64,000 nucleotides of DNA from Candidatus Omnitrophota bacterium (GTDB taxonomy: Bacteria > Omnitrophota > Gorgyraeia > Gygaellales > UBA12090). Positions within the stretch are counted from its first letter, which is position 1. Every line of letters begins with the position of its first letter. Location of the stretch: the NCBI GenBank assembly GCA_030674475.1, contig JAUSCZ010000017.1, forward strand, positions 46,264-110,263. The letters run 5' to 3'. A program made the translations under genes and the position numbers. Below are positions 41,595 to 48,615 of the stretch, one piece after another. The notes below the pieces were generated by a model that was not told the DNA's origin, did no database searches, and saw nothing but the letters and a program-made list of their open reading frames with translations.

Positions 41595-41622
41595 ATATTA
41601 TCATATTTTATGATAAAATCAA
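41595..41622 (-). promoter_or_regulatory. Putative sigma70 promoter with an inverted-repeat operator, upstream of MNT-HEPN
   Basis: TTGATT-16-TAATAT on minus; + strand TTATCATA-ttt-TATGATAA at 41598-41616. Confidence 0.5.
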
Positions 41623-41680
41623 GGGTTTTTTAGCTTTACTTGTTACTTGTAACAGTGAACGGAGGAAACTTGCAATTTTT

Positions 41681-41753
41681 CCCCTCACCTAACCCCTCCC
41701 CGCCTCCCCTTGGTAAGGGGAGGATTTCTTACCTCTCCCACAAGGGGAGAGGG
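41681..41753. repeat. Nested CCCTC/GGGAGAGGG palindromic repeat
   Basis: CCCCTCACCTAACC...CTCTCCCACAAGGGGAGAGGG with internal CCTCCCCTTGGTAAGGGGAGG; related element at 50190-50224. Confidence 0.7.
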
Positions 41754-41845
41754 AATAGCGGGAGAAGATTTTCCCCTGCTTGGTGAGAAGCTGTAAAAAA
41801 ATACCTAATTATGGCGTAAGTCAGGCTTATTTTGTATTCAAATTT

Positions 41846-42130
41846 TTATTTCCTAATCGTCCAAAAATCAGCAGCTTGGGTTTCTAAATATTCGTAGGGC
41901 ATAGTGAAGTAGCCGCATTTACCCCAAGTCTTGCCCCAGGAATTTCGGATTAAGAAACATTTTTGTTTTTGGTTGTATCCGACTGCTAACACCGCATGTC
42001 CGCCCACCGGCCGTTCATTCTTTTTAGGCATAGGGACAATGCCGGTGCGTTTGACTTTTTCGCTCTCAAAGGATTCATAAACTGTAAAACCGAAGGTAAA
42101 AGGATAACCATCTGCCAGACAAACGAGCAT
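41846..42130 (-). pseudogene. C1 (papain-like) cysteine peptidase, C-terminal fragment
   Basis: GGHAVLAVGY, IRNSWGKTWG..GYF present; the catalytic-Cys N-terminal half is absent. Confidence 0.82.
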
Positions 42131-42145
42131 CTCGGTTACACTCCT

Positions 42146-42233
42146 TCATCTTCTCCATAATTCTTCCTGTTGTTTCTCCATTAATTTTCCTATCTCATCA
42201 CTATGGTCATAATAACAAGAAAGGGCATCGTAA
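42146..42233 (-). pseudogene. DUF433 3' remnant
   Basis: YDALSCYYDHSDEIGKLMEKQQEELWRR* matches the C-terminus of 46815-47153. Confidence 0.75.
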
Positions 42234-42244
42234 CTTACGTAATC

Positions 42245-42628
42245 TTAGTACGTTGCGTCCACATTGCTTAATTTAGGTAAAACTTCGGCATTTTGATAAG
42301 CTAATAACATGCTCCTGTAGGTTTCCATTTCTACCTCAAGCCTTTCGTATTCGCGGGTTTTCCAGTCAAGGAACTGCTGGATAAGCTGAAATTTTATCCG
42401 GATTCCCTCTGGCGTTAACATATACATATAGCTCAACTTATTCTTGGCATTCTTGAAGTTTTTGGCCTCTATTATACCCTTGTCAATGAGGGCGTTGAGG
42501 AAGTAGTTAATCTTGCCCAGGCTTATTTTGAGCTTCAGGGCCAGGTCGCGCTGGGTTATGATGGGGTTTTGCTCTAATTCTTTGATAACAGAGAGGATTT
42601 TTTCGTGGTTTAATATGTCGGGTTTCAT
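42245..42628 (-). CDS. MarR-family EPS-associated regulator, copy 2
   Basis: Near-identical to 38172-38528 up to LLAYQN; heptamers at 42636-42659. Confidence 0.9.
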   Translation of the reverse strand: MKPDILNHEKILSVIKELEQNPIITQRDLALKLKISLGKINYFLNALIDKGIIEAKNFKNAKNKLSYMYMLTPEGIRIKFQLIQQFLDWKTREYERLEVEMETYRSMLLAYQNAEVLPKLSNVDATY

Positions 42629-42694
42629 AGAAAAACTATGGGTCGATAGTCGATGGTTCAGGAACCGTTTTTTAAGAATTTTCGCGCGAATTTG

Positions 42695-43120
42695 CTATCC
42701 ATCCCTATGGGACAGTAACATTAAAAATTGCCGCGGAGTTAAAATCGATACCCCAGACCAGACTTTTAGCTGTAAAATATGAGGATCTCCAGTAATAATG
42801 TATTTAGCTGCAGAAGCTAAAGCACAAGCCAAAACCTTGTCATCGCTTGGATCATCCTTAACCACCGAGTCTATTTTTATATCTGGATATAACGCTGCAA
42901 TATCTGTAATTCCGGCAAATAAATCTTCGCAAGATATATTATGTTTTTTCAAGCGGGAGAAGAATTTTGGCCGTTTTAAAACATCTTTTAACTCTTCCAG
43001 AAAAGCAGGTGTCATGCAAAGAGTAAAAAGCCCCTTTTCTACCGCCATTAATAATTCATGGGAAGGCCCTTACCAAAGAAGCGCGGAAATAAGCACATTT
43101 GTATCTATAACGATTTTCAT
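42695..43120 (-). pseudogene. PIN-domain (VapC-like) toxin with in-frame TAA at codon 17
   Basis: ATG 43120: MKIVIDTNVLISALLW*GPSHELLMAVEKG...DDPSDDKVLACA...YIITGD; TAA at 43070-43072. Confidence 0.87.
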
Positions 43121-43347
43121 CTTTTTTCTTTACGATAGGCGTGGACCTCTTTCACTATTTCTTTTAAAGATAAAGGCTTTTCTTTAATACGATCAGCTAT
43201 TTCAGAAAGCTTAGAAGGATTAATCTTTTTTACAATAAATGTATCCCCGTCTACAAACCAAGCAATTTTATCAGAAGGCCTAAAAATAGATTGCGCGATT
43301 TTAGGGAGAACTAACGTTCCATTCTTATCAATTTTCAGTGTTTGCAT
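43117..43347 (-). CDS. AbrB/MazE-like antitoxin
   Basis: KIDKNGTLVLPK...DKIAW; ATGA overlap with the PIN gene. Confidence 0.75.
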   Translation of the reverse strand: MQTLKIDKNGTLVLPKIAQSIFRPSDKIAWFVDGDTFIVKKINPSKLSEIADRIKEKPLSLKEIVKEVHAYRKEKR

Positions 43348-43413
43348 TTGTCATCTCCTCCTATATTAACAGTCAATACTTCTCATTGTTACTCGCCTCC
43401 ACAGGTGGTCGCG

Positions 43414-43504
43414 CTGGATTATGGCAAGAGCGTCTATCTCAACTAACGCTTCAAAACTTCCATATTCGGCATGAAGATGCGGCGGCGCTACATATCTCAG
43501 ACAT
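43414..43504 (-). pseudogene. DUF4160 N-terminal remnant
   Basis: MSEIC, then shifted PPHLHAEYGSFEALVEIDALAIIQ. Confidence 0.6.
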
Positions 43505-43552
43505 GGATAATTTCCCTCTTTAAATTAGGAAAAATCTCTTTTTGATTGAACA

Positions 43553-43645
43553 TCAAACCTTCTCCAGCATGCGAATTCATTTTAGGGACATCTGTTGAGC
43601 GAAAAATTGAAGTACTGCTAAGACAGACTTCCGCCTTAAACCCGG
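43553..43645 (-). pseudogene. Degenerate DUF433 3' remnant
   Basis: PGLRRKSVLAVLQFFAQQM..IRMLEKV* parallels PTLKKESVLAALAFAAQQM..VRILEKV* of 44596-44826. Confidence 0.65.
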
Positions 43646-43673
43646 AAGGCATCGTTGTATTAATATTTTAAAA

Positions 43674-44519
43674 TTATCGTTTGACAAAATTTTCCAGAAA
43701 TCCGATAATTTTTGGATAAAGAGGCAAGGCCTCTTGAATAAACTTCTCTAAGCGGCCGTAAAGAATCTCCAAATACTCATGGGCAAGGATATTTCTTAAA
43801 TTAGCGAACTTGGACAGCCCTCTTGCTTCTGTTTCGCTTAAACCCGCTAAAAATCCGAAATTAAACAGCGCCTCTTCATAAGTCCGCGGCATTAGCTTTT
43901 TCTCGGAAGCTAAGGTTATTTTAGCGATGTCTATAGTAGCGTTGAGAATATTCTCTGCCCATCTTTCAATGCTACGCCTTTTCATTTTGTCTTTCTGATA
44001 ATCGTCAAAAGTCACCATTTGACAGCTGGGAGTCTCTTTAATCTCTAAATCTAAAAATTGCAGCCTTACTAACAATCTTTCCTTTTGCTCCACGGTAAGC
44101 GACCGGGCTTGCTTATAAATCCGATAAAAATCTTCAGAAAATTCCAAGAAATCTTCTGTTTCCGTGCTCGCCTTTAAATAAGTTTCCAAGTGCAATCTTT
44201 CATCCTTAATCACTAAAGGAATTCCAGTCTTAATTACGCAGGAAACTAAAGACGCCGGCGCGTAATTTAAACAAACCAAATCAATATCTTTATGAATAAT
44301 CCCGGAAATATCCGAGTAAACTTCACTTTCATTTTCATAATAAATTTTATTTTCCGGAGCTTCTGACTTTTGAGGCACGAAATAAACCGCTACATCAAAA
44401 TCTGATTCCGCCGTCTGCCGGCCTTCGGAATAAGAACCAAAAACAAAAGCCATTAAAACTTCTTTTCTTTTTAGAAAATACTCTTTTAATGATTCTATTG
44501 TATCTTTTAAATTATCCAT
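43674..44519 (-). CDS. MNT (MntA-like) and HEPN/DUF86 (HepT-like) fused in one ORF
   Basis: FVFGSYSEG..ESDFDVAV, IDLVCLN; C-terminal RNILAHEY (RX4HXY). Confidence 0.87.
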   Translation of the reverse strand: MDNLKDTIESLKEYFLKRKEVLMAFVFGSYSEGRQTAESDFDVAVYFVPQKSEAPENKIYYENESEVYSDISGIIHKDIDLVCLNYAPASLVSCVIKTGIPLVIKDERLHLETYLKASTETEDFLEFSEDFYRIYKQARSLTVEQKERLLVRLQFLDLEIKETPSCQMVTFDDYQKDKMKRRSIERWAENILNATIDIAKITLASEKKLMPRTYEEALFNFGFLAGLSETEARGLSKFANLRNILAHEYLEILYGRLEKFIQEALPLYPKIIGFLENFVKR

Positions 44520-44558
44520 TTTGAAATGTCTTCACAGCGCTTATAAAGCAAATCGGGC
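44517..44558 (-). pseudogene. Four-helix-bundle 3' fragment joined to the start of the MNT-HEPN gene
   Basis: DLLYKRCEDISK; junction at AAAATG. Confidence 0.65.
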
Positions 44559-44595
44559 ACAGGGAGAATCGCTGGTTAAAAGTGCAGCTTCAACA

Positions 44596-44826
44596 TTACA
44601 CCTTCTCCAATATGCGCACTTCTTCTCCGTCCATCTGTTGCGCGGCAAATGCAAGCGCTGCCAAGACAGACTCCTTTTTTAAAGTCGGATATTCTTTCAG
44701 GATATCTTCAACCGTCATCCCGGAAGCCATACATTGGAGAATGAGCGCTACGGAAATACGCGTTCCCTTAATAATCGGCTTCCCGGAAAGAATCTCCCGG
44801 TCACAAGTTATCCATTTCTTAATCAT
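44596..44826 (-). CDS. DUF433 antitoxin (partner missing)
   Basis: ILSGKPIIKGTRISV, EDILKEYPTL. Confidence 0.88.
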   Translation of the reverse strand: MIKKWITCDREILSGKPIIKGTRISVALILQCMASGMTVEDILKEYPTLKKESVLAALAFAAQQMDGEEVRILEKV

Positions 44827-44874
44827 TTTATTTTACCTCCGCGATTTGTACCAATAGTGCCTATGGAATTAAAG

Positions 44875-44908
44875 AAAATACCTGGTAAGCCGCAAAGCAC
44901 TTGTTCTT
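44875..44908. repeat. 34-bp direct repeat (second copy at 46849-46882)
   Basis: AAAATACCTGGTAAGCCGCAAA(G/A)CACTTGTTCTT, one mismatch. Confidence 0.85.
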
Positions 44909-44931
44909 CTTTATTAGGGTACTGGGGTTTT

Positions 44932-45086
44932 CTGTCGGGATAATACAAATTCTTCCCTTTTAGGGAATTTTCTTGCTAAGGCGTATGTCTGGATTGCCCG
45001 GTCAAGCCGGGCAATGACAAAAGTGGAGTTTCACGACAGTCCCCTGACTCATTCCATACCTTTAGTTCCTCAAATTTAAAGGGCAT
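44932..45086 (-). pseudogene. Four-helix-bundle gene 5' part, interrupted by a palindromic element
   Basis: MPFKFEELKVWNES [hairpin GGATTGCCCGGTCAAGCCGGGCAATGAC 44991-45018] TYALARKFPKREEFVLSRQ. Confidence 0.78.
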
Positions 45087-45089
45087 AGG

Positions 45090-45130
45090 ATAGTCGATGG
45101 TCTATGGTCTATGGTCTATGGTCTATGGTT
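45090..45130. repeat. 7-bp tandem repeat (ATGGTCT), about 6 units
   Basis: atagtcg atggtct x4 atggtt; same family at about 38536-38559, 39297-39328, 40067-40105, 42636-42659, 46247-46261. Confidence 0.9.
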
Positions 45131-45750
45131 TAACTTAAACTAAAATCAGTAAGCTCTTTCTTAATGATTGCATCGTCAACTTCAAATCCCTTCAGATAGT
45201 CAACCTTTTCCGTGTAGTCTATATCTTTAAAATAGCTCAGTTGCGCCCGGAATAACTTTTCATTAAATTCAGAGCCAAAGATGTGTCTGGTTTTTTTAAT
45301 AATCTTATGGATATCGTAATAGTCTTTCATTACAAAGTAAAGGTCCACATAATCTTTCCACTTCGCCCTCCGGCCTAAGGCATAAGCCTTCATTGCCGCT
45401 AAGGTTAATAAATCCGGCAGTTTTATCACCTGATCAAAATTTTTAGAAAAGCTTATCTTAAATGGATAGCAAAAAAATGTAAATCTTACTTTATGGATAA
45501 CCACTGTATATTGGCCATCTTCATCTCTTAAGACACTATCTATCTTTTTAAACTGTATAATTTTTCTTCTAATTTTCCAATTATCAAACTCTTTATCGGT
45601 AAAAAGATCGAAATCAATTGAACGGCGATGACCCGCAAAAATAGCTATGGCTGTTCCTCCCGCTAAACCAAAGTCTTTAGAAAATGACTTAACCAGCGGT
45701 AAAAGCTCCAGCTGCTCAGCGGTTAGAATCTCCGGATGAATTCTACGCAT
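45130..45750 (-). CDS. AbiEii-family nucleotidyltransferase toxin
   Basis: LAGGTAIA..GHRRSIDFDLF, AAMKAYA, RAKWKDYVDLY. Confidence 0.88.
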   Translation of the reverse strand: MRRIHPEILTAEQLELLPLVKSFSKDFGLAGGTAIAIFAGHRRSIDFDLFTDKEFDNWKIRRKIIQFKKIDSVLRDEDGQYTVVIHKVRFTFFCYPFKISFSKNFDQVIKLPDLLTLAAMKAYALGRRAKWKDYVDLYFVMKDYYDIHKIIKKTRHIFGSEFNEKLFRAQLSYFKDIDYTEKVDYLKGFEVDDAIIKKELTDFSLS

Positions 45751-46000
45751 ATTTCGCGAAATATAATTTGAAATAGTTTATAATTTTTAGGTCGTAATTA
45801 ACTCGTTTTTGCCGCAGCTGTTTTTTAAAAATTCTGGAAATCTTTTTAATCCCCAAGATAGAGATTAATCCCTTAAAATCGGAGAAATCTCCATAATTTA
45901 AAACAGACTCCACAATTGCCTCTTTAGAGAGGGATTTATAGTCTTTAACATACCAAATTAAATACGGTTTCTTTTTGATAAAATTAGTAAGTGTCAGCAT
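45743..46000 (-). CDS. Small antitoxin partner of AbiEii (DUF6922-like)
   Basis: LIWYV, IVESVLNYGD; overlaps the AbiEii start. Confidence 0.7.
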   Translation of the reverse strand: MLTLTNFIKKKPYLIWYVKDYKSLSKEAIVESVLNYGDFSDFKGLISILGIKKISRIFKKQLRQKRVNYDLKIINYFKLYFAKYA

Positions 46001-46057
46001 GCTTTGATACTGGTTAGTTCTACTCTGGGCGTTGGAGGATTAATTGCCTTTCATCAG

Positions 46058-46123
46058 TTAAACCCAAAGTCCTGCTAACAACGGTCTGACATCTTCGTCA
46101 AGATAAAGCTTTACTTCTTCCAC
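46058..46123 (-). pseudogene. DUF5615 (PIN-like) toxin, 5' remnant
   Basis: GTG start; MEEVKLYLDEDVRPLLAGLWV*. Confidence 0.7.
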
Positions 46124-46129
46124 GGCTCT

Positions 46130-46260
46130 TCCTTGTAAGTGCGATAAATCGCACCGCTACCGCGAATTTTCCGAATAAGTTTGCGCTGGGTTAGGGCGGG
46201 GTTTTGCTCTAACTCTTTGATAACAGAGAGGATTTTCATAGAAAAACTATGGGTCGATGG
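46130..46260 (-). repeat. Scaffold repeat: heptamers, internally deleted MarR 5' fragment, linker, GTAG hairpin
   Basis: 46130-46182 matches 39921-39973; MarR 46183-46239. Confidence 0.9.
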
Positions 46261-46274
46261 CCTGGAGACTCGTA

Positions 46275-46520
46275 TTATACAGCTCCTATAGTAGTTATCT
46301 CAACCATATGATGTTTTTTACGGGCATCAGATACAATCTCTTCTATCTTCACTGCCACAGCATCCCCAATCCAGTCAGCGCCGCACTGTGAACATACGGT
46401 AGCTGGGACATCCCTTACCACTACTACCCCAAAGCCCAAGTCCGCGGTAAAAGTAGTCTTCCCGGATTTTTTAGTTCCCCCGCAGAGAGGACATCTGCTC
46501 GCGTCTGATTCAATCACCAT
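46275..46520 (-). CDS. YgiT-type zinc finger (MqsA-like antitoxin)
   Basis: CPLCGG...VVVRDVPATVCSQCG. Confidence 0.88.
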   Translation of the reverse strand: MVIESDASRCPLCGGTKKSGKTTFTADLGFGVVVVRDVPATVCSQCGADWIGDAVAVKIEEIVSDARKKHHMVEITTIGAV

Positions 46521-46524
46521 CGTC

Positions 46525-46833
46525 TCATCTCCTTGTTCTATAATCTGATTGAAAATGATCTAAATCCGGTCTATATGCGGTAACGATAAAACAGTATGTG
46601 CCCTCTGAATCAAAAGCTGCAACCACATGAAACGGCTCTTCTCTAATCCATCCCAAGAATAAAGCGCTTGGATACGGTTTATTGTGAGGGTAATCCTCTA
46701 TAATTTCTCCTGACAATAACACTTTCTTAACTGTATCCCGGAAAATTTCTCTTTCCGCCATTCTCTCAAGAGCATGTCTTTGCCATTCTATTCTACCATT
46801 TATTATCGCTATACTTAATTTTTCTCTATCCAT
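46525..46833 (-). CDS. DUF4258 toxin-like protein
   Basis: HALERMAER, GEIIEDYP, PFHVV, IVTAYRPD. Confidence 0.87.
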   Translation of the reverse strand: MDREKLSIAIINGRIEWQRHALERMAEREIFRDTVKKVLLSGEIIEDYPHNKPYPSALFLGWIREEPFHVVAAFDSEGTYCFIVTAYRPDLDHFQSDYRTRR

Positions 46834-47153
46834 CTATATTTTCCGGGAAAAATACCTGGTAAGCCGCAAAACACTTGTTCTTTCTTCTTCCACTGATCTT
46901 CCCTGTTCTTCTCCATTAATCTTTCGATTTCATCAGCGTGATCGTAGTAATAAGAAAGGGCGTCATAAATGGCGGATAAAGAAAGATGCGGAAATTCCCT
47001 AGCTAATTCCTCAGGGAGAATTCCCTCTTTGACTATGTAAAATACAACAGACCGGACAGGAAAACGGGTGCCCTTAATTATAGGCTCCCCTCCCTGAATC
47101 CTCGGATTGTGTGTTATATAATAATGATTTACTTTCTCTATAACCTCGCTCAT
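46815..47153 (-). CDS. DUF433 antitoxin with a non-native C-terminal extension
   Basis: IQGGEPIIKGTRFPV, IYDALSYYYDH; the native stop appears lost after DQWKK. Confidence 0.85.
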   Translation of the reverse strand: MSEVIEKVNHYYITHNPRIQGGEPIIKGTRFPVRSVVFYIVKEGILPEELAREFPHLSLSAIYDALSYYYDHADEIERLMEKNREDQWKKKEQVFCGLPGIFPGKYRWIEKN

Positions 47154-47171
47154 TATGTCACCTCCTGGTGA

Positions 47172-47292
47172 GTGCGATAAATCGCATCGCTACCGCGGAT
47201 TTTCCGAATAAGTTTGCGCTGGGTTAGGGCGGGGTTTTGCTCTAACTCTTTGATAACAGAGAGGATTTTATCGTGGTTCAATATGCCGATTT
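47172..47292 (-). repeat. Scaffold repeat at the array head: MarR 5' fragment, linker, GTAG hairpin
   Basis: Same junction as at 39930 and 46139; start codon of the MarR fragment lost. Confidence 0.9.
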
Positions 47293-47324
47293 TATGAATA
47301 TTCATCTGTTCAGGGCTTGAACAT

Positions 47325-47352
47325 ATATTAACAAAAGTATCGCAATTGTCAA
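47325..47352 (-). promoter_or_regulatory. Putative sigma70 promoter at the head of the TA array
   Basis: TTGACA-16 bp-TAATAT preceded by TGn. Confidence 0.6.
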
Positions 47353-47363
47353 GAGGAGAGTCT

Positions 47364-48452
47364 TTAAGATGGTATTTCCATGGACAAATCTTTTAAAGTA
47401 GCAACCTTTTTTAAGTGAGTCACCTTTTGTTTTATACCTTGATAGGCGGCAGAATTAGATTTTAGAGAAAGCAAGGAATTCTTTATTTCCTCAACTGATT
47501 CTACCTTAATGCCGGCACCGGATTTACAGATTACTCTTTCATTAGATGTCTCCAAGCCAGGGATGCTGGAGAAGAAAATCATTGGCAGGCCTTTGGCTAA
47601 GCTTTCGCTGATGGTCAGGCCGCCGGCTTTGGTGAGAACAACATCAGAAACCGACATTAGTTCATCAACATAATCAATCAAGGGGTAAATTTTAACATTC
47701 ATGAGATTTAGCTTGGTCAGGCGGTCAAAGAGCTTCTGGTTCTTGCCGCAGATAACTAATAATTGAATATCACCGGCTAAGGCCTGGACAATTTCCTCTA
47801 TGGGGCCGATGCCTACGGCTCCGGTCATAATTAAAGCGGTGAATTTTTCCGGGTCAACTCCTAACTTTTGGGCCGCTGTTTTTCTATCTGAAGGTAGATA
47901 AAATTTCTCTCTTACCGGAATGCCATAAACTTTTATTTTATCTTCTATTATTCCTTTTGTCAATAAGCAGTCTTTCACATGATCGCAGGAAGCTATGTAG
48001 GTATCCACGCCTTCTCCTATCCAGTAGGGATGCAGGGTGTAATCAGTTATAATGGTTATCAGGCGAAAAGCATATTGGGGGTATTTTTTCTTGAATATAC
48101 TAAGAACACTGCTGGTTAAAAAGTGGGTGGAAATAACAACGTCGGGTTTTTCTTTTTTTAATAGATCAACAAACGGCTGGCAAGCGAGATAATCAGAGAG
48201 GAGGCGAAAATAATTATTAGCGAAGAAGGACGATAGGCGGTAGAGAAGATACCATGCCCAGGGAAACTTGGTAATAAGGAAGATATAGCCCTTGGAATAT
48301 AAAAACTTAACCACACAGTTAGAATAGTCCAAGATGTCAATAAGCTTTAGGCTTAAGTCGAGCCGGGTTTTTTTAAGATATTCGTAGAGGGCTTCCGCGG
48401 CTTTTTGGTGGCCGGCGCCGGCGGAGGCATAGACGATAAAGACTTTCTTCAC
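47364..48452 (-). CDS. MGDG synthase/UgtP-like glycosyltransferase (GT28)
   Basis: ASAGAGHQKAA, ISTHF, TIITDY, GIPVR, ICGKN, TKAGGLTISE. Confidence 0.9.
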   Translation of the reverse strand: MKKVFIVYASAGAGHQKAAEALYEYLKKTRLDLSLKLIDILDYSNCVVKFLYSKGYIFLITKFPWAWYLLYRLSSFFANNYFRLLSDYLACQPFVDLLKKEKPDVVISTHFLTSSVLSIFKKKYPQYAFRLITIITDYTLHPYWIGEGVDTYIASCDHVKDCLLTKGIIEDKIKVYGIPVREKFYLPSDRKTAAQKLGVDPEKFTALIMTGAVGIGPIEEIVQALAGDIQLLVICGKNQKLFDRLTKLNLMNVKIYPLIDYVDELMSVSDVVLTKAGGLTISESLAKGLPMIFFSSIPGLETSNERVICKSGAGIKVESVEEIKNSLLSLKSNSAAYQGIKQKVTHLKKVATLKDLSMEIPS

Positions 48453-48471
48453 TTGAAAAATCTCATCTTAG

Positions 48472-48493
48472 GTGCGATAAATCGCACCGCTAC
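48472..48493 (-). repeat. Stand-alone GTAG REP-like hairpin
   Basis: Same GTAGCGGTGCGATTTATCGCAC as in the array scaffold. Confidence 0.85.
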
Positions 48494-48615
48494 GCGACGC
48501 GAATAACCCAGCACTATTTTCATGCTCATTGGTATCCTGCTTTCGGCGGGGTATAACTGCTTCATTAGTTATTGATTTTTATAAATAATAATACTGGCCA
48601 TGCTCCTGGGGGGAC

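Noticed and set aside
40919-43072. TAA stop-codon reassignment or readthrough
   Set aside because: Many neighbouring genes end normally in TAA, so these are better read as nonsense mutations.
40586-45086. Diversity-generating retroelement suggested by Avd-like fragments
   Set aside because: No reverse transcriptase is present, and differences between repeat copies are not confined to adenines.
38450-47292. CRISPR array or classical integron
   Set aside because: The repeats are gene fragments of unequal length with kb-scale spacing. No cas, intI or attC-type boxes were seen.
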